Shown here: piece after piece, positions 12,681 to 29,834 of the stretch
How the letters are laid out: each line of letters begins with the position of its first letter
Numbering within the stretch: position 1 is the first letter of the stretch
Source of the DNA: the human T2T-CHM13v2.0 reference genome, Homo sapiens
NCBI RefSeq assembly: GCF_009914755.1
Contig: NC_060932.1
DNA: 64,000 bases
Reading direction: 5' to 3' (one strand)
Made by a program: the position numbers and the translations under genes
The notes under the pieces: generated by a model
Databases searched by the model: none
What the model was told of the DNA's origin: nothing
What the model saw: the letters and a program-made list of their open reading frames with translations, nothing else

Positions 12681-15154
12681 TTAACTTGCCCCTGATGATC
12701 TGTCGGCATCATATATCACATGAACATCCACATGGATTCTGTCTTTCGCTTTTATATCATTATCTAATATTCAGTTGTTCTGCACCTGATGCCAAATTCT
12801 GGGCTGTACTCCTAGAGAGACTTACTCAGTAAGGCCAAAGTGATAGGACTTTAAAATCTGTAGTTATAAAAATACCGCAGGTGATTCTTACGGAGGTAAT
12901 CCAAGAATCATACTTTGAAGAATTATTCTAGACTCTGAAGAGGCCTGGCTCTGCCTTATGCTATTATAGTTTATGACCTTTAACAATTTAACTCTCCGAG
13001 CCTCAGTTCCCTTGTTTGTAAATGAAGATAGAAGATAAATACGTACTCTACCTACCTCACAAAGCTGTCAGATTAAGATCAAGTGAAAAAAATTATGTGA
13101 AAGCTCTTTGAAAACTGTAAAGCATTATGAATGATAAGGGATTAGGTTATTGTGGATTTAAGAGGTGTGAGGACTGCTATAGTACATTCCTTGACGTGTG
13201 TTGAATTCATGTATACTTTCTTTCTTACCCTTTAAAACAAACTGCCAAGAAATTAGGTGTTGAAAAAGAATATTCTCATCAGGCAGCAAAGTCAGTTTTC
13301 TGATAGTAATAATTTGTCTATTATGTTATATATTTCAAAGTACATGTATGATAATATGACTTATTCTTCATGAGAGATATTTGAATATTTGGCCCAAAAT
13401 GTTTTTCATTTTTCTCTGTGTTCATTGCCTTTCTCCTTGGAGCTGGAGTTAATGCTCAAAGCAGGCAGGTCTGAATTCCCTCATAACCGACAATTAGTAA
13501 ACATTTTCTCTGAAAGCCAAACATATAACAACTTATTTATCAATAATTCATGAAGCTTTTGTCTGAGAATCTCTCCTGCAAACAGCATGAGAGAACTAAA
13601 ACAAACATTCACAAACAAAAATAAGTTAAAATAGAAGGTACCAGTTTGGGCTCGAAGATGTTGTCATCCATTGCCATCTGCATTATATTATCAACTGCCA
13701 AAATGTTAATTGGTTTTCTTTTACAAGTGGGCCAAGTATAGACAGTTAAGTGAACATCACTATGAAAATCTTAACTTTGTGCTTCTAGATTTTTAGATAA
13801 TCATTTGTATTTTCTCTATTAAATTGTGGGTATGTATGGGAATACTATATTGACTTTTCAGTTACTTTCAGTAAGTATCTTAATTTTGTCCCACAAAATT
13901 TATGTAATATTAATCCATGGTTTTAAACAACAGTATTCAGTTTGGGCAGCAGTTTTAAGTCTAACTAGCTTAAACCAATCTGAATAAGTCTGGACAGTTT
14001 TCCTACCATATGTTTAACTTTGATTGGCATATGATAATGTTTAGTGTTTTCTTTTTTCAGTTGACAACTGAGAAAATAATAGTTCTCTCTAACATGTTAA
14101 TATATTATCAAAAGGTTTTCAAAAAGTACTTTGATTTCAGCAACTTTTTTTATTCAATAACTAGACAAAAGATCTAAGATAATATTAAACTCAAAACAGT
14201 TTGTTTCAAAGAACAATTGGTTAATAACTCAGCTGGCACAGGGATTCATACACAGTTTTTCAATAAATATTTAAATGAACAATTCATGTCACACAACTTG
14301 CTTTTACCCTAGTACTGAGTCTCACATCAAAGAAATTTGAAAGATCTATAACCTATGTGAAATGAAGTCTCTGCTTTACCAGAATAATATGTGGCAGGTA
14401 ATAAATATGTAAAGTACACCAAATGAAACATATTTTGCATAGATAACAGTCCATATCACTATTATAATTAAAGAAATATATGTACAGACATGTACCAATC
14501 CTTTTAATTAATTTTAGAAGATGAACAGTGATTCTTAGAAGTGAGTAATTAGACTCCTTTTAGTCTTATGCTGTTAGATCTTTGTGGACCAGCTGAGTAA
14601 ATGAATCTTCAAATCAACCTTTCTTTTTCTGCTGCTCTTAGAGCAGATTTATAAAAATCCTAAGAATGTCTTCAAATTAGAAAAATTTACTACATTTTAA
14701 CCTACCTCATCAGTTTCTTTGTGATAATAGCTGAAAATAACTCAAACTGTACCCATCTTAGTTAGGCTATATCTCTGTGAAATGAAAGGAACCACTTAAT
14801 TTTTTTTATATAAATTAGTGAATCATTTGCTGGAGCTTAGAAAATATTAACATACCAAAATTTCATTATGATGATATTTATATTGCTTTTTGACATGCCA
14901 AAGGTACATTTACATATTACCATATTTGGATGACTTACATAGTCTGGTGTAATGAAAATTCCCCTGGGATTGGAATTTTAAGACTCATGATGTCAACTGG
15001 GCTGGTCATTTTATTTCTCTGAGTCTTTGTTTCTTCAATGTAAAATGTGGATAAGGTAATTTTTGGTTTTAGCCTCCCTCACTGGATATTGTAAGGATCA
15101 AATGAAATAGTATTTATTATAATGCTCTGTAACCCATAAATTATTCTACTTAAA

Positions 15155-15730
<576 letters not shown>

Positions 15731-18377
15731 CATAAATTGTTCTACTGATACCATTTGGTTTTGTTAGAATTTGGGGGGGCTATAGAAAACAAGGTTACAG
15801 TCTTCATTAGTATTTCTTTTTAGCAATAACAACAAAATAGGCAATTAGACCAGTGTTCATTTGGTACAGTCTTTAAATCGGTCATCCAATTAACCTTTAA
15901 AAAGTAGGTTATGCTCTTAAATTGTATTGGTTCTTTAATATGTGTTATACCAGAGTATGCCTCAAATTTTATGTAGTTGAATTTGTAGAACAAATTTGGG
16001 GATATTCATTTTATTTTTCCTTTTATATGAAATTGTATAAGTACATTAGCTTGACTTAAATTATAAAAAAAAATATATATGAAGAAGAATGTAGACCCTA
16101 TAATGTTTTTTGTCTTTGACTTTTTGGCTTTTATGTACCTCATTTTTTCTGATTGAGAAAAAGTTTTGAAAAAGTGATTCACTTGTTGGTTTTCATTGTG
16201 GCAAAACTTTAAATTTTAAGTCATCACACTATGAGAATTGTTTGTACACATTTATAATTTTTTTAAAGTATGTAAAGTAAGGATTTTTTCTCCATTCTTC
16301 ACTCACAAAGGATAGCATTTTTATGGAACCTAGATTTACAAAGGAACTTGTGATTCTTTTCAATGCTTTTGTGTCGTTTTACAGCTGATTAAGAAAAAAT
16401 GTTTACATTTAATTCAGCTGTATTTCCTAGTAGCTGTATAATCTTACACATTATTCTTATATAATTTTGACCTATTTTATATGAAAATAATTGTATTGGC
16501 ATCTCTTCATAATTTAATTCTCTTCTCTCCTTCTTTTGTTCCGATTAGATGAATTTGGGAAAGGAGTAGGAAGACTAGGTATCGCATGCCTTCCGTCTGA
16601 TTGTAATCAGTCTCCTGGGTTTTTTACTAATTTAATCTTAATCCTGTGCTTCTTTAGTCATCAAATTGATATAGGATTACAATTTTCTCTCAGGATCCAA
16701 GTCTTCTAAGAATGAAAATGTTGAAGTCTACCCAGAACCAGCCATCCTTGTAGACATTTCTATTTGGTTGATTTATAAAGATTTAATATATAAAGATTTA
16801 ATATGAGTTAAACATGTTTCTTATTCTGTGATCTCTAATTAGAAAGTAAAATTCTGTTGCCATAAATATAAAAGAAAGTTTTCACTTATATTTTAGTCAA
16901 ACACCAAACCACTGCATTACTTACTTCCTATAAGACACAGTAGTTCAATCTGTTGAAAGGCATTGAAGGATAATTTCCTTCAGATTACTTTTTAAATCAT
17001 CATCTGCCTCAGGAAATTCTTTCTTGAATTTTTTTGTTGGTGTGAAAGCGTTGCTTATACTTTATGCTCATTTTATTGGTCACTGTCACCAGTTTTTCCC
17101 GATAAAGATTAAAAATGTTTTTTACCTTGAAATAATTCAGATTTTGAAGATTCACTGTTTCATTATTTTGCTAATTACCATTAACTAGTAAAGTTAGTTT
17201 TTAAAGTTTTTTTAAGGTTGATATTTTATCATATTCCTGGAGTAGGATGGATTACTTTATTATTATTGTAGCTTTAAGGTTTTTTGTTGTATAAGTCAGC
17301 TTGTTTGTATATGCTAAATTGCAGATATTTCTTTGTGTTGTGCTTATTGGTTTTTTTTTTTAACTTAGAGCTTAATAATTTCTATTTTCTATCCTGGAGT
17401 CTAAAATTAAACAAAAAAATCTATTTTCTAAATTGGCAGGATTTTTTTAATGATTAGTAAAACTGTATTATTTTATTTTTAAAAATACAATAGGATTTTG
17501 AGTCAGGAAACTTGACTTCTACTCTTGCCTCTCTTTTGCAGTTAGCTGTGTAACTTTGGATAAGGCATTTTATCTCGTGGTGCCTCCATTTTTCTCATTC
17601 TCTAGGGAACAAGAGAATTAGTTTAGGTAGCGTCTAAAATTCCGCCCAGCTCTCATTTGGTTCTCATTTGACCATTTTATAATCATTATTTTGGTCTCAT
17701 TTTTATTTTTCTTATTCATCCCATGAACTAGATCAACTTGTATTATTTTACTAGATCAACCTGTATTATTAACGTCATTTACATGTAAATTGATGGGATT
17801 CAGATATTTTATCAACTGTTTTTCCATTAGTGATTTTAAGTAATTTTAAAGAAGGAAAATTATATTACAGATAATAAAAATGAAAGAAAGTTATAAATAT
17901 TGGACATGGCTTTTTTAAATGGGAAAGTCTTCTTAAGCACCAATATAAGCACCTTAAATTGATACATAGAAAAGAATGACATAACGTTTTGTGGTCTTTG
18001 TTCTCTTAAATATGAATATAGCTAGTTAGCCTAAAATTTACACAAAATGTATTCAAGATCAAATTAGTGAACAAAGCAATGGTTCGTATGGCTAATTTAA
18101 AAGCAATTCAATTTACCAATATTAAAATAATTATAAAATGTAAAAGAAATTTCAGAGGAGTTGATTGAAAATTTTTTGTTCAGTAATTATTCTTAAACTG
18201 CATTCTTAGGTTTATTACATAAATATAGTTGCCAGATTGCCATGGGCAAGTGAATGTCTTCATTTGAAATATTATTAGAGATCAATGTGGCTTGTTATTT
18301 TTAATTTTTTTCTGGCTATACAGAAAATGTTTCTGGAAAAATTCCTTAATTGTCATCTGATATAATGTAGAGATTGA

Positions 18378-18864
<487 letters not shown>

Positions 18865-21800
18865 TTAAATGTTCTCTGTGCACTAGGCCAAGGAAGTTCC
18901 TGTTACCTTTGAAAATCATTGTGTTTGCTCTGATTGTCTACATTAGCTCATATCAGTCTTTTGAACACTGGTTCAAATCTGGGTGTTGGGTTAGGATCTG
19001 ATGAGTAGAGAATAGTGGAAAGTTGATATAGGAAGGTATACTGGTTTCTGGTGTGATTCTTTAGCTACATTTATTCCTTGTCTTATGTCATTTCACTGGA
19101 TCATGTAACTGTCCTGGCTTTCAGAAATTATATTAGATGCCCAGCCTTTCTCATTCAGAGATGCCTGTATTATTATGTTATTTCGATTGCCTACCAAAAA
19201 AAAAAAAAAAAGAAAAGGTTTGTTTTTAGTTCTCTGCCTCTGCAAGTCTTTGTGATCACATTTGTTAAATTGAATCTGAGATTCAAATATTTCATTTAAT
19301 ATTTTCTGGGTTTTGATAATGGGATATTCTGTAAGATAAAGCAAGTAATCCTAGAGTGATTTACTTTATGTTTAGCCATCCACCATTTTCCTATTTCTCT
19401 ACTCCTCCCATTCTCCATTTTTAAAAGGAAATTAACAAATGTCTTCCTTTATCCCTGCCTCAGATAATTTTTCCCTGAACTCATCTTGTCAGCAGAAACA
19501 TTTAATGTGAAATAATTCTGTATTTCTGAGACAAGATCAACACAGTAGTTCTTTACATTGAGCTGAGGTGAATGTATACTTAAAAATACTCTATTTTCTT
19601 TTTATATGAACTTAAAATTTTTAAAATCATATATGGGACTCCCCAATGTGAAAATATTAGTCTGGACATTCTCTTGCCATCAGGTGCTATTTCTACCTTA
19701 GCTGTGAGTTAGACTAAATCCAAATTTCGTATCATTCATCTTTTTATAATATTTAACTTCCCTAGAATCACCCCATTTCATGTCTTTAACCCCAACTTCC
19801 AACAACTTTTCTGCTTTTATTTTCAAATGTCAAATTGTATTTTTGTGTTTTATTTTCTCATTGAAGTGTAAAAGTATCACATATATGAAGGAATGGCTGG
19901 TTTAGACATTTACTTTGGCATAGTAAAGATTGATATTGATACCACCCACCATCCTTTCCTCTAGCCCCAGAAAGAAAAGTTTGACAACTCAAAAACGATT
20001 AAATTATCTTATCTTGTTATTTAATAGAACAATGGAAGCTGTTTCGTCAAAATTAAAATACTTTACCAAAAAAATACTTTTTTGTATTTTAATCTGATAG
20101 TGAATTTGGGGATTATTTATGTAAATGTATCATAATTAATAGTAATTATGAGTTATTTCACTCTCTGTAATTTGTGATACCCAAGATTCATATTTATTTA
20201 ATGTGAGGTGTTTTTTGAGGCTTTTTTGTTTTATCTTGTTTTCTTAACTTTTTACAGTGTTGTTAGATTATCGCGGTCATCTCGGCATGTGGATCGCTCC
20301 TCCTGTAGATCAGCTGTTCTCTCTTAGAGTCAGGACAAGGAGGTTTTTGCTACATGGTCGTAGTTGGATAATACAGCATTATTCTGAACTATCTGAAATT
20401 GCTGGTTTTATTGGTCAAAAATGATCAGATGCTAGCAATTTCATAATAGATATATTCAAGAAGGAACCAAACTTTAAAAGATCTTTTAGAATAGGTATGT
20501 TAACTTCTCATCCTAACCCTATCAATATATCAGAGGCTTTATGAAGGAGACTCTACAGATAACCACAAATCTTATCAAGAAAATTCTCCTTAAAAAAAGT
20601 TATCCTTTATTTTGTTGTTAAATTTCCCAGTTTTTAAAAGTGTTTTATCAAAATGACTTCATAATTGAAGCAAATACCTTTTGGAAGTATATATGTTACA
20701 TAAGACTTTCACTAAATCTGTGCGTAAAGCTTTTATAATCTGAGATATTGTTATGTATTAGGTTTGTGCAAACCTAATATAAAAGGGTTCATCTGTAAGT
20801 ATCATTTAGAGGCAAAATAATTTCCCCCTCACATCTAATGTGGACTCAAATTTTGGCAACTGGAATGTTATCCTCTTGGTAGGCATTCTAAATTAATGAA
20901 TACTGCTATGTGGTGTAGTAAACAAATTTGCCATAAAATGCCATTTAAGGATTTTCTTTTTACCTTTATTTCATTATAAAAGTATATGAGTTGAAGATCA
21001 TATAAAAAATATGAAACTCCTACACAGGAAATCCCCAATTTTGTGATTTAATAGGTTGTAAAAAGAGTTGTTCCAAATTCAGACTACATCTCATCATATA
21101 AATAATATTATGAATAATAAGGGTAAAAGATTAGCCAACAAAAGCTAATCTAGTACACCCCATAGAGGTACTCCAGGTGTCTTGGTTTTGGATAAATTTT
21201 TATAGTGGAGAAAGGTTACTTTGATCTCTCAATAATTGCTTGGTACACTTCTTCCTAGGCAATATGCTCATGATACCCTCTTCATGTGACCTATTCCTCA
21301 AATGCTGCATTCTCCAAAACTTCCTTACCTGCCTTCTATCCCCTAGTCATTCTTATCAATACTTCCAAAATATAACCTATCTCAAGTGTTAGAAATTTGC
21401 TTTAACTAATTTATATTAAAGTGTTAGTGACTATAGCCCTTTTATCTCTCTTAAAGAGAAATCTGCATTAAAAGCAAACACATTGCTGTTAGCTCAAATT
21501 AATGTCAGTGAGTAGAATCTTAAGCTTTAAAACAAAAGTGGAAATAATTTAAATTAGTGTTGATGGGACTATTTTGAGGCAAGAGATACCATTAAGTGAC
21601 CTAGCTTGGAAATCTGCCCCCTTTGCCCAAACCCATGTGATGTCTGAAACTACTGTATATTTTCAATGACCTTGAGAAAGGGAGCTAGTCATTTGTATTT
21701 ATGGGCCTTATGAAGTCAGGGCCTGCTGATCCTGTTTTTTAAGTTCAAGCGCAATGCCTGAAGCATCCTAGATCTCCTTCACCCTCATTCTACCTGACAG

Positions 21801-22406
21801 ACAGCTAGGTCTGTCTTCCAGCTCTTTCTCATTGATACTACCTTTACATATGAATACTATCCATGCTTGTTAAAAAAAAAAAAAGTCTTTCCCCATTTTA
21901 CTGTTACAATTTTTCAAGAGCTATAAAGGTAGAAAAAGTATTCCTTTTCATTATTCTAAAAAATATGTCATTTTTAAATAGCTGGCACTTAGCAGTTTAG
22001 TTTTCCAAACTTTATTCTGAATCAAATTGCTGAGGTGATTCTAAATGTCTAATGTTGATTTATCATATAAACATCTAATTAGAAAGTGTTTATGCTAAAG
22101 ACTTGTATTTTGTGGCATTAGTTCTTCATGTTTCTTTTTTATATGTTTATTAAAATTGTTCACTTCCAAATGAGTGGAAAAGTTGCTGTTGTTGGGATGT
22201 ACAGGGCAAGTGCACTTGGTTAGAGCATGAACTGGGAATTTCACATTCTCTGATGTGCTTTGCACTCTGCTCTTGTAGATTTATTTTGTTTACAGTAGAC
22301 TGATGTCAGTTTTTGTAAATGTTTTTTCTTAGCACTTTAACTGTGAGTGTACAAACTGATTTTAAATGTAGTGGTTGTATATTTTGGTTATAAATTGGAG
22401 ATTTTT

Positions 22407-22418
22407 AATAAAATTAAA
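22407..22418 (+). terminator. FZD3: Distal polyadenylation signal (AATAAA directly followed by ATTAAA)
   Basis: TTTTT-AATAAA-ATTAAA-TAATTCTCTTTTCTGTCA, with several upstream TGTA motifs and U-rich downstream sequence. Confidence 0.7.
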
Positions 22419-24109
22419 TAATTCTCTTTTCTGTCATTAGTACCTGATTAATTATAATTTTCTTTGTCATCTTCCAGACCCTTTAAACAGTCTATTTAAC
22501 ACTACTGCACTGCATTTTTAAATGTTTTCATATTGTAAGTTTTTCATATAATAATGTAGGAATCATAGGAGTCTGCCACATAGAAATAAACACACACCAT
22601 CCTATATTATATCCCTTTTTTCTCATACTTGTTTTGTCAATGCAGATAAAACCCATCTCTGTTCATTGTTATATCTTCAGCACATTACGCTATTAGACAC
22701 ATATTAGAGGCTCAATAAATATCTGTTAAATACATTAAAGTATTGTATTTATATCAATTTCCCAATAAGAAATCCTACCCATATAAGCAAATAAACTATC
22801 AGGTGATTTATTTTCATGCACAGGAAGGCAGAAGAGGATTTAAACTATTAGTAGTATATATTAGCATATGTCTTGCCTGGATCACACAGTCTTTTGTTGG
22901 GAGACCTTAGAAATCCTAAGTCCAGCTTAACCTGGTGCAGACCTTCTTCAAAACACCATCCTTTATAACCCTCTGCTTGAATGATTTCAGTAGCAGGAAG
23001 CTCACTATGTAAAGCCTTCCATTTCATTTTTATTTTATATTTTTGTTTTTTTTTTGTTTGGCCTTCCATTTCATTTTGAGACAACTCTAATTGTTATAAA
23101 AGACTTTCTATTTATTGAGTGGAAATTGTACCTTCACTCATTGATGCTATTCTACAGATATACAATAATTCTATCACAGAAGTAGACATTTGAAAAAAAG
23201 GCATCCTGTTTCCTCCAAATCTCTGCAGGCAAAATATGTCCTATTCTGCAATTCCTATTCTTCAGTTCTCCTATGGCATCCTGTCAGACCCTAGTTCTCC
23301 GAAATACTCCAGTTGTGAATATTCCTCTTAAAGTCTTCCAGACAACTGAACACTCATCTCCAGATGCTGTAAAATCAGTGAAGATTGCATTGTACATTAT
23401 ATTCTGTACACTACTGTTAATTCTAAGTTTATGCAGAAAAACAGGAGCCCTTTTTTACAATCATCTCCCTCTAACCATTGAAGGGTCTAGCCATTTATGT
23501 GATGAAGATATGTATATATACATATTTATTAATTGTCCAAACTGTAATATTTGTCAACTAAAGTCAAATATTTCCCTGAGGCACTGATTATCTACTATGT
23601 GCCAGGCAGTGAACAAAATAAAGTCCCTAATCTCCTGACAATTTAAGATATACCAAAGACTTAATTAAGATGGAAAAATATCCTAAATGATTGTTGCTAA
23701 ATTTAAGGTTCGCCTCTGAGGGAAGGGAGGAGGGTATTTTTGAGTGTTTTATGTTGATTATTGGCTAACTTGGTGGGCAAATGCCGGTCATTCGCCAGTT
23801 GAGGATTAATCAATGTGTGTGCCAGAGCACAGAGGTACATATATGCACAGTTTCTTCATCTGCAAAATGGAAGTATTGGGCTAAGCCAATGGTTTTTAGC
23901 TATGGGATCTTTCATCAAATAAAATAGTATATGTAGTCTCAGTACATAAAATAGATAAAAGCACCCTTTTGTTTAAAAGGAATGTAAGGTCCCTGAATTC
24001 CACTTACTTGGCCCAGCCCTTCTTAGCCCCCCTCCATTACAGCATCCCTTGAAGCACCTAGACAGAACTCTTTGAGCTCAAAGAGCCCACTTTTAAAATT
24101 ACTAAACTG

Positions 24110-24320
24110 TTCTGTATCTTGACTGGTGGCGGTCACACAAATCTGCATGTGATAAAATTGCACAGAATTGTATATACACACACCCAAATGAGTGCATATA
24201 AACCAATGAAATCTGATTAATATAGATTATACCAATTTCCTGGTTTTGATATCATAGTAACCATTGGGGAAAACTGGGTATGGGTATTCTTTAAATGCAT
24301 GTAAATCTACAATTTAAAAG
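24110..24320 (+). mobile_element. Old L1M 3'-end fragment
   Basis: TGTTCTGTATCTTGACTGGTGGCGGTCACACAAATCTGCATGTGATAAAATTGCACAGAA is typical of L1MC/MD/ME 3' ends. Confidence 0.7.
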
Positions 24321-24659
24321 TGTAGCAACATTTTTTGGTAAATTAAAATGATCTCTAGGTCCCTTCTAAAATTCTCTGATTAATGCCCCATTCATTTTCT
24401 AGCTGCCTTTCCTTTCTGTTAATTTTAAAGGAACAATTAGCATTTGTTTTGAAGAGACTCTTGGTAAAAGTATCTTACCCGGGAATTTTTCGATTCTTAC
24501 TTGGCCCTCCTAATTGGGTGTTCTCAGTGAAAACGAGACACTGCTAATATGCTTTAGAAAATAGCCCTCACATTCTCCCTGTTCCCAATCCCCCACTTAC
24601 TCTAAGCTCCCCAGGAGCAATAATTCAGAAGTCAAATTGCTCAGCACTCCTACTACGAG

Positions 24660-25257
24660 TGTGGCAGAAGAATGGCCTCTTAAAGATGTCCACTCCCTGA
24701 TCCCCAGAACCTGAGAATACCTTACCTTATATGGCAAAAGGGACTTTGCAGATGTGATTAAGGTTGCTGATCTTAAAATGGGGAGATTATCCTGTATTAC
24801 CCATGGAGGCCCTATCTAATCACATCATTCCTTAAAAGAAGAGAACTTTTCCCAGCTGTGGTCGGAGAGAGATGTGGCAATGGAAGAAGGCTAAGAAAGA
24901 TTCAGCATTGGAAGGACTTAACCCAAGGTCACTGGCTTTAAAGATGGAGGAAAGAGGCCATGAGCTAAGGAATGCAGGCAGCCTTTCAAAGCTGGGAATG
25001 GCTTTCAGCTGACAGCCAACAAGAAAATATGGCTCTCAGTCCTGCAACTGCAAGGAACTAAACTCTGCCAACAACCAGAATGAGCAAAGGTATTAATCCT
25101 TCCTGAATGTCTCCAGAAAGGAACCGCAGACATGAGTTTAAGGCAGTGAGGCCCACGTCAAGACTTCTGAGCTACAGAACTGGAAGATAATAAATTCATG
25201 TCGCTTAAACCCCTAAATTTGGGTAATTTCTTACGGCAGCAATAGAAAACTAATATA
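24660..25257 (+). mobile_element. MaLR solo LTR (MLT1D/E-like)
   Basis: TGTGGCAGAAGAATGGCC...GGCAAAAGGGACTTTGCAGATGTGATTAAG...GCAGCAATAGAAAACTAATATA. Confidence 0.85.
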
Positions 25258-27129
25258 CTAAGCCTCACACCTCCACATCCGCAAAGTGTAGCCAGTAAAC
25301 AAATGAGTAATGGAAAATGGCACAAGGAGGCCATTAAGAGTCAGAAACATTTCAGAGAGCTGGCCAGTCGCCATGAAACAGACTGTTGAGGTGGGTGGAG
25401 GCAGGTTGGAGAAATTGAGATTAATAAGAGCAATCAGTCCCTGCTGCCTTTCTTCTGATTTCATCTCTTTTATTATTCTTTTTTTATCATTATTTTTTCA
25501 GTCTTCATTTATTTCCATATGGCCTTCATTTTTCTCTTTAATCTAATCAAGCATGGTGGGGTTTTTTTTTTTTCAACCTCACACTTCCACCAGCAAATGC
25601 ACCCATTTGTCAGAAGGAGATGAGGAGCAACTTAGGCTTTGGGAAAATGAGATTTTCACATGTACCAACTATTAAAAAGTTAGGGTACACAGCTTTAGTA
25701 TCCAGTCTCTGGGTTCTCCTGAGACCGTGAACATACACAAAAGAGAGTTATACACAAATCCACTTATTTAAACAAACAAAAGCTATAACACCAGGCACTC
25801 AAAAATATTTTGAAAATAACAAAAGCTCTCTACTAAAGTACTGATGAGTCACTGTCTTCTATTCTGCAGCCGAAGAATTATGTTGAGCTCTTTTTACTAT
25901 CTCTTGGACAGCTCAAGACTAAAAGCCCTTTGGGGCTAATGGAATGTCCTCATCAGCCTCAAATAATATTAGACAAGCTACTGTACAATAATAAAAACAG
26001 CAGAAGAATTTAAACACTCCATATGAAGTGAATCATTTTTTGACACCAGACTTGTTGGAAAAGTGTTTGCTAAATATGGGAAATACATTCATACACTATG
26101 TATGCAAGCTTCTGATTTCTCACATGTCCAAGTGACCAGAAAGGCAGAAGGAGGGAAGTTGTTCTCTGACAGCAGATTGGGTACAGTTGAGCCAGATTAG
26201 GGGAACTGTTGGTAACAGCCCCCTAGGGCACAGGTAATGCATGGGCCTCCACTCATCAATTTGGTGGATTCCAAATTAACCCTTATTATAGTGACAGAGA
26301 TTCCCGTGCATTCTCAGCGTGATGGTAAGCATTTCTGAAAATTCCAAAAATGTGTGGGCCAGATATTGGCTTATTTCTGGAGCCACTGCTGCAGCACTAA
26401 AATTAGCAAATCCAGAGCTTCTCAGGTGAGAACAAGCTAAATCCTTTAATCGAAAAATCCTTGACATCCTATTTTGGGGGAGAAAATATTGAAAAATCCT
26501 TCCTTTCTTCTCCTTGTCCTGTTCATTGATAAAGGCTCTTTACATGACATATTTAACTGTAAGCCTGTTTTAGCTGTCATAATTTTAGTTTTTTTCAGAG
26601 CCAAGGGTCATTTGTATATTGTTCCTCGTCTGTTGATGAAAATTGCTTTAAAAATGATGTTTCAAGTATCTGTAACCATTCAATAGCATTCATTCATTCA
26701 TTTATTCAGTAAATACTCATTTGTTTACCTACCTCTTCTGTAAGACCCTAGGCATGTAAAGGAGAAAATGACGTGGTTTCTACTCTTGCAAAGCTCACAC
26801 TCTTGTGAGGAGATGAGCTCCTAAACACCTGAGTACTTCAATACTGCTGTGCTCAAAGCATCATGGAGGCACACATGTGGAAGAAGTTACTTCTGCCATG
26901 AGGACTGAGGGTACAGAGGGGTTTATAGAATATGGAAAAGTCAATCAATATTTATTGACCACCTATTGATTGTTGAGATTACATCAGGAAACAAAATGCA
27001 CTTGTTCTGTTGAAGTCCTGTAATCAGAATTTTGAATCTAAAGGGAGAACATAGACAATAAACATTAATTTCAGATGGTGATAAATATTGTAACACTGTC
27101 TGATAAAAGACCCCTAAAGGTCTTCAAAA

Positions 27130-28870
<1,741 letters not shown>

Positions 28871-29834
28871 AATTTGTATTTCCAGCACTTGGAAGATTAG
28901 ATACTTTCAGTGACCTTCCCAATGAAAACAGCCCAAATTCTGGACTATGTATGAAAATCTTTGTAATTTGCATTGCTAAGCTGCCCTGATCTTACCAATA
29001 AAAGTCAAAAACAAAGTGAAAGCAAAAATCATTGGTAATAAGCACCAGCACCAGCTTCTGCTGTGAGAGTTTCTGCTGAACGCCAAAGACAGCACAGCAT
29101 ATGGGGGGCGAGAGATTGAGCCTAAGCTCCAGCCAATTACAGAATGTAATAGGAGGCTTCCAAAGGGATATACTTTCACTGTGAAGGTGAGGGAGGAAAA
29201 AAGAAGAAATCCTGAAGAACAGGACATCAAAGAAACTTTATTGCTTCAAATTTAGCGTTGGTTGGCAGGAGTATGGTGAATCCCCCCTGAGAATTTGTAA
29301 CCATAACTGCCTCCATGAACATTGTTTGTTCCAAATATACACTTTTCTCTGTGTGATTTGAACCTGAAGCCAAGAATATAACTCCAAGGGTCCTGGATGA
29401 CTGTGATTTCATGCAACTGGAAGAAACAAATGCACCATTTCTTTGGAGGAATGCAATTTCAGTTCCGGTGTCAAGGAATTCCCACAGAGAAATTTGCAAG
29501 GTAAATGAAAAGTTCGTAGTCAAAACTAGCAAAACACACAAATGAGAACAAGACATTGTGAGTGAGAGCCTATTCTCCAAAGACTTCCATATTCTAAAAT
29601 TAATAAAGGATACAAAATAATTTAATATATTTAAAGAAATAAAAGAAGGTATCAGGGGTATAACTAAGGAACAAGATACTATGAAAAATGGCAAGGCAGA
29701 TTTGGAAAAAAAAAAGACCTAATAGAATTAATAGGTATGAACAATTTAATAATTTAATTAGAAACAACAGAAGAAACAACTGATGAGAGATTAGTGAAAT
29801 AAAAAAGTGATTTTTTTAAATGTCCAGAATTCTT

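Noticed and set aside
26214-26230. Additional CTCF-like matches (here and at about 43578-43592)
   Set aside because: Several core mismatches and no CpG-rich context; expected by chance.
28976-29694. 84-aa and 155-aa minus-strand ORFs
   Set aside because: Antisense to an A-rich degraded L1M, with no recognisable domain or splice structure.
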